DNA from: an uncultured Bacteroidales bacterium
Lineage (GTDB): Bacteria; Bacteroidota; Bacteroidia; Bacteroidales; Paludibacteraceae
Reading direction: 5' to 3'
DNA length: 64,000 nucleotides
Assembly: GCA_934725535.1 (NCBI GenBank)
Contig: CAKVBV010000002.1
Coordinates: forward strand, 7,575 to 71,574
Made by a program: the position numbers and the translations under genes. Below the pieces are notes generated by a model. The model had not been told where the DNA came from. It worked only from the letters and a program-made list of their open reading frames with translations, and ran no database searches. This document shows positions 10,372 through 17,955 of the stretch, piece after piece. Every line of letters begins with the position of its first letter. Positions within the stretch are counted from its first letter, which is position 1.

Positions 10372-10520
10372 ACAGAAGGATACTTTGTCGGTCAACAACC
10401 GACAACAACTATTATTAAACAACATAGTAACCATAACAAATAATAAATATGAATTGGCATTATCGAGGTTCTTTTGAACGGACGGCTACGCCGTATTATC
10501 GCAAATTGGCCATAAATTCC
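10353..10520 (+). repeat. Dispersed module A, copy 1
   Basis: Collinear with 46742-46927: acgtgagttcgaKataacgacagaagg...aacaacatagta...gaattggcattatcgaggttcttYtgaacggacggctacgccgtattatc...aaattcc. A few substitutions and small indels. Confidence 0.85.
10392..10460 (-). CDS. Candidate small hydrophobic Cys-rich peptide (22 aa, MPIHIYYLLWLLCCLIIVVVGC) inside module A1
   Basis: ATG..TGA ORF below the track cutoff. A homologous ORF sits in A2. Coding status unproven. Confidence 0.3.
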   Translation of the reverse strand: MPIHIYYLLWLLCCLIIVVVGC

Positions 10521-10579
10521 ATACTTAAAATAATATCGAACTGACGCTATACTTTGGGTCCCGTAAGTATATTTTTCTT

Positions 10580-10966
10580 TTATTCTATTGGCTGTTTATC
10601 ATCGTCATATCTGTAGCAGAAACTCAAGAATACTACCATAAGATATGCAACCACAAGCATAGTCCATTGAAGCCACGTAGTCAAAACATTTGCTGATGAC
10701 AGATATATCATTACAAACGAAACAACCCATGATAAGCAGAACAATGTTATGAATACCAGAAAACGAATACGCCATTCCATCGATTCTTTCACCCATATAA
10801 CAGGAAGGATGATATATAGTGAGGTGAGCGAATAAGCGATTACGGCATAGTAGAATAATTTACCCACATCATTACTTAATACCAAATATGCATAGCAGAT
10901 AAATGCTACTAATGATAGTGCGCTCTTGACATTAACGCCTTGTTGTGTCGATTTCATCCTTATCAT
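10580..10966 (-). CDS. Hypothetical 4-TM membrane protein
   Basis: 128 aa with four hydrophobic segments. 2-nt gap to the upstream lipoprotein gene. A+T-rich. Confidence 0.6.
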   Translation of the reverse strand: MIRMKSTQQGVNVKSALSLVAFICYAYLVLSNDVGKLFYYAVIAYSLTSLYIILPVIWVKESMEWRIRFLVFITLFCLSWVVSFVMIYLSSANVLTTWLQWTMLVVAYLMVVFLSFCYRYDDDKQPIE

Positions 10967-10968
10967 AT

Positions 10969-11793
10969 TTACATAGCCACCATTTCTATATTCTCAACCG
11001 CTTCCGCCCATAAGAAAGAGGCAAAGGCTCCCACTACACCGGAAAGAAGAACACCCACTCCAGTACTTGCAGCACCTGCACCTGCCAAAACATCCACGAC
11101 ATTGCATCTCAACGTTTTTAGATTTTCTGCTCTATCCTCATTCTGTGCTGTGCTATCATTTACGGTATAGAACTCTCCATTTTCATAATAATACTCTGTC
11201 CAATAGTCGTATGAGGCATCTGCTATGTAATAAAAACTTTGCACATAAGGCAGATACTCATCTGAATAATAAGCACCTGCCGTATTTCCCTCCAAGATTT
11301 CTATTTGTTCAATAAAATCTTCCCTTTGTCCATATTCAAAATCCAGATTATTGACAAGAGCGTGAAGTTCATCTCGAAATTCCTCCTCGCACTCATAGGT
11401 TGAAATGAGTTGATGCAAGGCACTTCTCACACCGTCATATTGTAAACACTGAACATAAAAAGAAAACATAGTATTCCACAATGATGATATTTCTTCATCG
11501 GAAAGAGAATTCCCCAACGACATACATTTCTCATCTACTAAGTTTATCCAAAAGGTAAATGCTTCATTAAAATCAAAATCTGATGTAGGAAATGCGTCCA
11601 TCAACATCTGTAATGCCTCATTGTGTTCACTGCCGACATTGGAAATATCAGTATATACATCTGCACTGCCATTTACAAGCGCGATATCTGCAGCACAATT
11701 GTATGTACTTTCATCATCCTCTTTGAAAGAATTGAACGACGAACATGCTGCAAACGAGCATCCTAATAGTAATAGAACAAGAACTTTTTTCAT
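10969..11793 (-). CDS. Hypothetical lipoprotein with C-terminal glycine-zipper hydrophobic segment
   Basis: Lipobox LLLGCSFAAC, an acidic/aromatic helical body, and the tail LAGAGAASTGVGVLLSGVVGAFASFLW. Confidence 0.65.
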   Translation of the reverse strand: MKKVLVLLLLGCSFAACSSFNSFKEDDESTYNCAADIALVNGSADVYTDISNVGSEHNEALQMLMDAFPTSDFDFNEAFTFWINLVDEKCMSLGNSLSDEEISSLWNTMFSFYVQCLQYDGVRSALHQLISTYECEEEFRDELHALVNNLDFEYGQREDFIEQIEILEGNTAGAYYSDEYLPYVQSFYYIADASYDYWTEYYYENGEFYTVNDSTAQNEDRAENLKTLRCNVVDVLAGAGAASTGVGVLLSGVVGAFASFLWAEAVENIEMVAM

Positions 11794-11840
11794 AATGATT
11801 TTTATTTAGAGTTAAACTTATTATTAATTAGACATACGCC

Positions 11841-12251
11841 TTATTGTACGCTAAATTCTCCGCCGATGGCATCGTTATCACGAATGAGAATGATATAGAG
11901 CATATACTCGCCCTTCTGCCAACCCGAGACCGGAATGCGAATCATGTCATCTGCCATTACGTGCTCCATGGTGTTATACATAACTACACCCATAGCGTTA
12001 ACAATGACTACTTGTATATCCCCCACATTCTCCATGGCGGTTACTACAACCTCATTCTCGGTCTGCTCCGCCTCAAAAGGCAGCAACTCGTTATTTGTGG
12101 ATAATGGTCGTATGCCGGGTTCTATTATAAGCCATGGAATATCAATGGACGGTATGGGATATAGCGGTATCAATTCCCACAAAGATTGAGCATAGTTGGC
12201 ACCTGCTATGCCAACTAACAAAAGAATCAACGAAATCACTTTTTTCTTCAT
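11841..12251 (-). CDS. Small secreted beta-sandwich protein (DUF3244-like)
   Basis: Signal peptide MKKKVISLILLLVGIAGANYAQ. The C-terminal pattern ...VVIVNAMGVVMY...IPVSGWQKGEYMLYII...GGEFSVQ resembles DUF3244/T9SS-CTD-like folds. Recognised from memory, not searched. Confidence 0.55.
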   Translation of the reverse strand: MKKKVISLILLLVGIAGANYAQSLWELIPLYPIPSIDIPWLIIEPGIRPLSTNNELLPFEAEQTENEVVVTAMENVGDIQVVIVNAMGVVMYNTMEHVMADDMIRIPVSGWQKGEYMLYIILIRDNDAIGGEFSVQ

Positions 12252-12300
12252 ACTTGTATATTTTTATGGTTTATAACTTGCATACCCGACTCTTTCTTTG

Positions 12301-12308
12301 TACTTTTG
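12301..12308 (+). promoter_or_regulatory. -7 promoter motif TACTTTTG for the TPR-HTH regulator gene
   Basis: Exact TAnnTTTG about 88 nt upstream of the ATG at 12396. Confidence 0.55.
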
Positions 12309-12314
12309 TCGCTG

Positions 12315-12322
12315 CAAAGGTA
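12315..12322 (-). promoter_or_regulatory. -7 promoter motif TACCTTTG for the divergent DUF3244-like operon
   Basis: Reverse complement of caaaggta. Back-to-back with the plus-strand motif 7 nt away. Confidence 0.55.
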
Positions 12323-12395
12323 ATTCCTTTTTCTATAACCGCCAAGAAATCGGGCTTACTATGACTTACTACCCCGCATAAATAACGAAACTGAC

Positions 12396-14264
12396 ATGTC
12401 TAACTCATTGATTATCAATATACTTTTTTTGCATTTTGGAGCAAAAAATACAAATTCTTACTACCCCCTTCACCGACTTGCACTTGTGTGTATAATTGCT
12501 TGTTTATCAGCCGCTTGTAGCAATCACCAGCAACCCGTTACCCCCGCTATTTTGGAGGCTGAAGGTCTCATCTGGGCGGATTCGGACAGCGCAAGACACG
12601 TTTTGGAGCAAATTTCGTATGATTCTTTGTCTCAAAACGAGCAAATGTATTGGCAATTATTGCACCAACATACTGCCATTCGATTAGGTTATCCTGTATC
12701 GCCCGACTCTATAATGAACCAAGTGGTAGGGTATTTTGCCACGCATAGCAACAAGAAGTATCTTGGTGAAGCCCTCTATGTACAAGGAGTGGAATACTAT
12801 CTCCTGAATCAATATAACGATGCCATATTATGTCTCAAGCGGGCAGAAGACTATATCGCGGCATTGGATACCGCAGAACCATACATAGGAATGATTTACT
12901 ATATGCAGGGGAGCGTAATGGATGAGGGGGAGAATCTGTACTACATTGCCAAAGATTGCTATATCAAAGCATTGCCTTACTTCCAACTATTGCCCGACCA
13001 AAGGCGGTTGGCGTGTTGCTATCGCGATATTGCACGCACATTGGACCATGCCCAAGACAGTACCGCTATTTTCTACTATGATACTGCTCTCCATATCGCG
13101 CAGACAAACAGGGACACGGCATTGTATATGGATATTCTCATGCAGCGGGTGTCCTTTGGTCAGCAATTCGATTCGGTACGTTTATACGAACTCTGCAAAT
13201 TTGATATTGACTCCTTGCAACATACCAACTATGCATCGTATGTGGCAGAATATCTTATTGAGCGCAACCGCCTGTCAGAGGCTGCCGCTTATCTTGCTTT
13301 GGCATCCGAAGACACCGTCAAATCAGACGGGCGTGCAGAACGTTACCATTATCTGCATAGTTTGCTTGATGCCAAAATGGGACATACGGCAGATGCTTAC
13401 GATGAGTTGCAGCAAGTCTATCTCAATCAGTCTGCACAGATAGCCGAAGATGCCAAGGTGCGGACATTCGCCATAGCGCGCCACTACGACCTTGAGCGCG
13501 AACAGGAGAAATCACTGCGTCTCACGATTCGGCAGCAGAAACTATGGATTGTGACAGGTAGTATCATTGCGGCACTGGTTATCATTATTCTCCTGTCTGC
13601 TTTTATCATCAAGATGCACCGCAACGAGGAACAGCAGATGCGCCAAAAACAAGGGATAATGCGCCTTAAGCACGAAGAAGAGCGGGCGCGCTTGGAGCAG
13701 GAGAATGAGCGGCAACGTCTTCGTGCAGAAATGGCACAAGCCAAAACTGCACAACTTCATGCCCAACTCAATACCACAAGCCAATTCCTCCACCGCATAT
13801 TGGCAGAGCGTATCGAACTCGCAAAACATGTCAATCAAACCCAAAAGCCACACGACAAACCTGTCGCACCTGTGCTCCAAGCGTATGCCGACCGCTATTC
13901 GTTTGCCGACAATGCCAACTGGCAGGCCTTTCTGCAAGAGTTCAATCTAGCGTATGGCGATTTCATTCCCTATATCCACGAGCATTACCCCACACTATCC
14001 GAAAGTGATATACAGTACATTATCTTGGCTACACTCGGTTTCGACAACAGCGACATCGCTTTTGTCCTTGACCGTTCTACCCGAACTATCTGGAACCGTC
14101 GCAACACCATGTGCAAACGCCTCGGCGATGCCCGCCTGTCATTGGACAAGTGGATAACCCGCCTCCGCGACGACTACGTCTTCTACCGCTCCACTCGGGA
14201 AGAAACCTCTGAAACCATCGCAGAATCCGCCCCCACACAGGCTAATACAAAGGTCAATCCCTAA
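12396..14264 (+). CDS. Membrane-anchored TPR protein with C-terminal LuxR-type HTH (one-component regulator)
   Basis: N-terminal lipoprotein-like signal (LVCIIACLSAACSN). About 340 aa of TPR-like helices. TM segment LWIVTGSIIAALVIIILLSAFII. Charged coiled coil. HTH segment LSESDIQYIILATLGFDNSDIAFVLDRSTRTIWNRRNTMCKRLG. Confidence 0.7.
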   Translation: MSNSLIINILFLHFGAKNTNSYYPLHRLALVCIIACLSAACSNHQQPVTPAILEAEGLIWADSDSARHVLEQISYDSLSQNEQMYWQLLHQHTAIRLGYPVSPDSIMNQVVGYFATHSNKKYLGEALYVQGVEYYLLNQYNDAILCLKRAEDYIAALDTAEPYIGMIYYMQGSVMDEGENLYYIAKDCYIKALPYFQLLPDQRRLACCYRDIARTLDHAQDSTAIFYYDTALHIAQTNRDTALYMDILMQRVSFGQQFDSVRLYELCKFDIDSLQHTNYASYVAEYLIERNRLSEAAAYLALASEDTVKSDGRAERYHYLHSLLDAKMGHTADAYDELQQVYLNQSAQIAEDAKVRTFAIARHYDLEREQEKSLRLTIRQQKLWIVTGSIIAALVIIILLSAFIIKMHRNEEQQMRQKQGIMRLKHEEERARLEQENERQRLRAEMAQAKTAQLHAQLNTTSQFLHRILAERIELAKHVNQTQKPHDKPVAPVLQAYADRYSFADNANWQAFLQEFNLAYGDFIPYIHEHYPTLSESDIQYIILATLGFDNSDIAFVLDRSTRTIWNRRNTMCKRLGDARLSLDKWITRLRDDYVFYRSTREETSETIAESAPTQANTKVNP

Positions 14265-14693
14265 GAATCTGTGATTGCCATAAAATCCACTTCAGTTACC
14301 TTGTTATATTACGAATGACCAGTTTGCAAGAGCGGATAAGAGTGAGTACTCTGCTAAACATAGGGGAGTTATTGTTCTGGGGTAGTGGCGTTTAGTCCAT
14401 GCAAATCAATACGGTATGTAATAGAGTCGGGAGCGGAGGTGCGTTGCAAGAACATAACATCAGCGGGAGTGCCTTAGTGTATGTTTGGTAGTGGTTGGCT
14501 ATTATACCATCTAACTTTCTGTTAATCATTTATATATAAGAAATTTATCCGTTTTTTTCCGATATTCTAACGGCTACTTTGTCCGTTTTTTCCAAAAAAG
14601 ACGGTGCAAAATTTGACGCACTGCTGTGGAGCAGTTGTTGCATATTGTTGACTTGAGAGAAGAGTAACAGAAACTACCAAATCGCGCCAATAA

Positions 14694-14733
14694 GTGACAG
14701 AAAGTAACAGAAAGTACCGGAAAGTACCGGAAA
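14694..14733 (+). repeat. 10-bp tandem repeat (gtgacagaaa, gtaacagaaa, gtaccggaaa x2) just upstream of the B1 promoter
   Basis: Four contiguous units here versus two in B2 (48125-48144). One more gtaacagaaa lies at 14664-14673. Confidence 0.85.
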
Positions 14734-14758
14734 CGCTCAATGCCCTCCGAAGATGTAG

Positions 14759-14766
14759 TACCTTTG
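14759..14766 (+). promoter_or_regulatory. -7 promoter motif TACCTTTG within module B1
   Basis: Exact TAnnTTTG, conserved in B2. Confidence 0.55.
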
Positions 14767-14772
14767 CATCGT

Positions 14773-14854
14773 GATTCAAGGTGTTGAATCCGGTAGGCTG
14801 CAGACGTAAGCAGCCCGTGATCTTTGACGTACGAAATACTGCCCGAGAGGGTGG
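14773..14854 (+). ncRNA. Candidate structured transcript from module B1 (class unknown)
   Basis: Hairpin gattcaa-ggtg-ttgaatc (14773-14790) and hairpin ggctgc-agacgtaa-gcagcc (14796-15) start at the predicted TSS. Both are conserved in B2, with the only change in a loop. The 3' end is undefined. Confidence 0.3.
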
Positions 14855-14875
14855 TCTGTCAGCATCGGCAGGTAT

Positions 14876-14917
14876 AGCAAAAGAGACTGCCTGACTTCGC
14901 TCAATCAGGTAGTCTCT
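14876..14917 (-). terminator. Intrinsic terminator of glgP
   Basis: agagactgcctga / tcaggtagtctct stem, followed on the minus strand by TTTTG. Confidence 0.65.
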
Positions 14918-14966
14918 TACAATCTACGCTATGCACTCTTGTCGGGTGCATAACTTTTTATGCTGA

Positions 14967-17528
14967 TTACAACCAGCGGACGTAGCAGAAGTCCATGCGG
15001 TGGGGGAGGAGCGGGTGCGTGGGGAACATACGCAAGCCGAACTTCATGCCTCCGGCATAGTCCAACTGATACATGGTCTCGAAGAAGAGATGAGACCCCT
15101 CGCTCTTGACAAGGTTGAGCGGCTCCACTTCGTAGAGTTTGTCGTTGTTGTGGGTGGAAGTACGAACAGCCACCAGTTCGATGCCGATACCCTTGTCGTT
15201 GAGGTTGTGTGTGTCAATCTCCACAGCCACCTTGCACTTGCTGCCGACATTGATAGCCGCGTCCGTCTCATTGAGTGTGGAGTGGACAACCTCTATCTCG
15301 TCCCAGTGCGCCACCATGTTCTCCTTCCATGCGGTAATCTCCTTCGCCTGCTTGTAGTTGTCGGCGCAGAGGAGTGCATGCCGCTTGGCCAGTTTGTTGT
15401 AGAAGCGTGCGAAATAGTCGTCCATCATGCGCTTGGTGGTGAAGTGAGGCGTGATTTTGGTGACGCTGTTCTTGATGGTCTGTATCCACTCGGGCGAGTA
15501 GCCGCGGGAGTTCTTGGCATAGTACATAGGAATGATTTCCTCCTCCAGCATCTGGTAGATGGTGGCAGCGTCCAACTGGTCCTGATGGGCTTGGTTCTCG
15601 TAGGTGCGCTTGTCGGTGAGAGCCCAGCCTGCTCCGGGTACATATCCCTCAAGCCACCAGCCATCCAAGACGGAGAAGTTGAGAACGCCGTTCATCTGTG
15701 CTTTCTCGCCACTGGTACCACTTGCCTCCAAGGGGCGTGTAGGCGTGTTGAGCCAGATGTCCACACCCGAGATGAGCCGCTTCGCCAGACGCATATCATA
15801 GTTCTCGAGGAAGATGATTTTCCCGAGGAACTGCGGCATACGGCTGATTTCGATGATACGTTTGATAAGCCCTTGTCCTGCACCGTCTGCGGGGTGTGCC
15901 TTGCCGGTGAAGAGGAACTGTACGGGACGGTCGGGATTGTTGACCAGTTTGTCAAGGCGTTCCAAGTCGGTGAATAGCAGATAGGCACGTTTGTAGGTGG
16001 CAAAGCGTCGTCCGAAGCCGATGATGAGGTTGTTGGGGTTCATCTCGTTGAGTGCGCGGACGATACGTGCGGGGTCGCCTTGGGTCTTCATCCAGTCCTC
16101 GCGGAACTGCTCTTTGATATAGTCAATGAGTTTCGTCTTGAGGTTCATGCGCGTGTTCCATATCGTCTCTTCGGGCAGATCGTTGTACGCTTTCCACATA
16201 TCGGGGTTGGACTGGTCTGTGTACCAGTCTATGGGGAATGTCTTGAAGTACAGGGCTTTCCATTCGCTGGCTGCCCAAGTGGGCATGTGTACGCCGTTGG
16301 TGACATAGCCGACGTGTAACTCTTCGGGGAAGTAGCCCGGCCATACGGGGGCGAACATCTTGCGGCTGACTTCGCCGTGCAGTTTGCTGACACCGTTAGC
16401 CTCTTGGCAGGTGTTGAGGGCAAAGACGGACATGGAGAACTTCTCGGTGTTGTCGTCGGGGTTCTGGCGTCCCATACCGATAAGGTCGTGCCACTCGATG
16501 CCCAGGCGTGCGGGGAAGGAACTCATGTACTTGTAGAAGAGCCCCTCTTCGAAATAGTCGTGTCCGGCAGGCACGGGGGTATGGCAGGTGTAGAGTCCGC
16601 TGGCGCGTACCACTTCGAGAGCCTGTTGGAAAGTGAGGTGCTCGCCTTCGACGAGGTCGAGGAGGCGTTGCAAGCCCATAAAGGCAGCATGCCCTTCGTT
16701 GCAGTGGTAGATGTCCTTTTTGATGCCCAACTTGTTGAGGGCAATGATGCCACCCATGCCGAGGAGTATCTCCTGCTTGATGCGGTTCTCCCAGTCGCCT
16801 CCGTAGAGTTGGTGGGTGATTTGGCGGTCCCACTCGGAGTTCATCTCGTTGTCGGTGTCCAACAGATAGAGGTTGATACGCCCGACTGCCACCTTCCAGA
16901 GGTACGCCTTGACGGTACGGTCGGGGTAAGGTACCTCGATGACCATGGGTGTGCCGTCGGCGTTATATACCTGAGTAATAGGAAGATTGGAGAAGTTCTG
17001 CGCCTCGTAGTTGGCAATCTGCTGCCCCTCCGGCGAGAGGGTCTGGGTGAAATAGCCGTAGCGGTAGAGGAACCCGATGGCAGTCATGTCCACGTTGCAG
17101 TCGGAAGCCTCTTTGAGGTAGTCTCCGGCTAGGATACCGAGTCCGCCCGAGTAGATTTTGAGGATATGGGAGAGCCCGTATTCCATGGAGAAGTAGGCGA
17201 TACTTGGTCGCGTGGTGTCCTTGGGGGCATCCATATAGTCGCGGAAATCGGAGTAGGTCTTGTCGAGTTGCGCCATGAACTGCTTGTCCTTGCTGAGTTC
17301 GACCATACGCTCGTAACTGATGATGTTCAGCAGTACGATAGGGTTGGATTTGGCGCGATGCCACGCGTCGTTGTCAATGTATCGGAAGATGTTTTTTGCG
17401 TCCGAGTTCCACACCCACCAGAGGTTGTAGGCAATCTCTTGGAGTTTGTTGAGGTTCGCAGGGAGGTTGGCATGTACCGTGACCTCCGTCCAATTGGGTT
17501 GATTGGTGTTGCTAACACGTATTACCAT
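14967..17528 (-). CDS. glgP: Alpha-glucan phosphorylase (GT35, GlgP family)
   Basis: 853 aa. [26 protein letters not shown] (PLP-Lys region), and a DUF3417-type N-terminus. Confidence 0.93.
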   Translation of the reverse strand: MVIRVSNTNQPNWTEVTVHANLPANLNKLQEIAYNLWWVWNSDAKNIFRYIDNDAWHRAKSNPIVLLNIISYERMVELSKDKQFMAQLDKTYSDFRDYMDAPKDTTRPSIAYFSMEYGLSHILKIYSGGLGILAGDYLKEASDCNVDMTAIGFLYRYGYFTQTLSPEGQQIANYEAQNFSNLPITQVYNADGTPMVIEVPYPDRTVKAYLWKVAVGRINLYLLDTDNEMNSEWDRQITHQLYGGDWENRIKQEILLGMGGIIALNKLGIKKDIYHCNEGHAAFMGLQRLLDLVEGEHLTFQQALEVVRASGLYTCHTPVPAGHDYFEEGLFYKYMSSFPARLGIEWHDLIGMGRQNPDDNTEKFSMSVFALNTCQEANGVSKLHGEVSRKMFAPVWPGYFPEELHVGYVTNGVHMPTWAASEWKALYFKTFPIDWYTDQSNPDMWKAYNDLPEETIWNTRMNLKTKLIDYIKEQFREDWMKTQGDPARIVRALNEMNPNNLIIGFGRRFATYKRAYLLFTDLERLDKLVNNPDRPVQFLFTGKAHPADGAGQGLIKRIIEISRMPQFLGKIIFLENYDMRLAKRLISGVDIWLNTPTRPLEASGTSGEKAQMNGVLNFSVLDGWWLEGYVPGAGWALTDKRTYENQAHQDQLDAATIYQMLEEEIIPMYYAKNSRGYSPEWIQTIKNSVTKITPHFTTKRMMDDYFARFYNKLAKRHALLCADNYKQAKEITAWKENMVAHWDEIEVVHSTLNETDAAINVGSKCKVAVEIDTHNLNDKGIGIELVAVRTSTHNNDKLYEVEPLNLVKSEGSHLFFETMYQLDYAGGMKFGLRMFPTHPLLPHRMDFCYVRWL

Positions 17529-17586
17529 GTCTGAAATCTTTTTTGTATATGTAAAAACTATTTGTACCTATGCGGGCATTCCGCCC

Positions 17587-17594
17587 AAAAATCG
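17587..17594 (-). promoter_or_regulatory. -7 promoter motif TATCTTTG for glgP
   Basis: Reverse complement of caaagata, about 60 nt upstream of the ATG at 17528. Confidence 0.5.
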
Positions 17595-17772
17595 CGCAAA
17601 GATAGTGAAAAAAGCGGAGATGGCAAAACGATTGTCTGCGAAAAGGTAGAATAAGTACTGCTAACGTTTTCGCAAACGGGGTTGGATACGATTGCAGAGC
17701 GGTTTGTAAGATTAAATACACGATGCGGAAAAGTTTTGATATGGTACTTATATCCTCACGATATTGTCGGCT

Positions 17773-17838
17773 TAATCACATACTAATATCATACTAATCA
17801 CATACTAATCACATACTAATCTCATAGTCTTAACCCGA
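17773..17838 (+). repeat. TAATCACATAC-family 11-bp tandem array, copy 2 (5 units + tcttaacccga)
   Basis: taatcacatac, taatatcatac, taatcacatac x2, taatctcatag, tcttaacccga. Preceded by cggct, as in copy 3. Confidence 0.9.
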
Positions 17839-17889
17839 TGATGAAAGGGTGAAAAAAGGATATGATTTGCGTATCTTGTTTATTTGTTG

Positions 17890-17897
17890 TAACTTTG
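17890..17897 (+). promoter_or_regulatory. -7 promoter motif TAACTTTG for the nuclease gene
   Basis: Exact TAnnTTTG about 60 nt upstream of the ATG at 17956. Confidence 0.55.
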
Positions 17898-17955
17898 CAA
17901 GCAGTATTGAATGTGATTTGAATCAAATATAACAACTCTAAAAAATAACATTATT

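Larger units (their letters stand above)
14601..14854 (+). repeat. Dispersed module B, copy 1
   Basis: Collinear with 48033-48265. The left part is weak (acgStgcaaaatYtg.cgca.ctg). The core is near-identical from aaactaccaaatc to gcccgagagggtgg. Confidence 0.85.

Noticed and set aside
14265-14600. A non-coding stretch of about 330 bp after the TPR-HTH gene, considered as a hidden RNA gene or pseudogene.
   Set aside because: I could find no promoter motif, convincing helices, repeat similarity or ORF remnant. It is left unannotated.
14773-14930. Module B transcript as a cobalamin or TPP riboswitch, or as SRP/6S/RNase P/tmRNA.
   Set aside because: GGTG..AATCC and GTAAGC words are reminiscent of cobalamin elements, but the B12 box, the CCCGC-ACTG core and the GCCACTG motif are absent. 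There is no GNRA-capped SRP domain IV, and no RNase P CR-I or tmRNA tag. There are two copies, and neither precedes a co-oriented gene.
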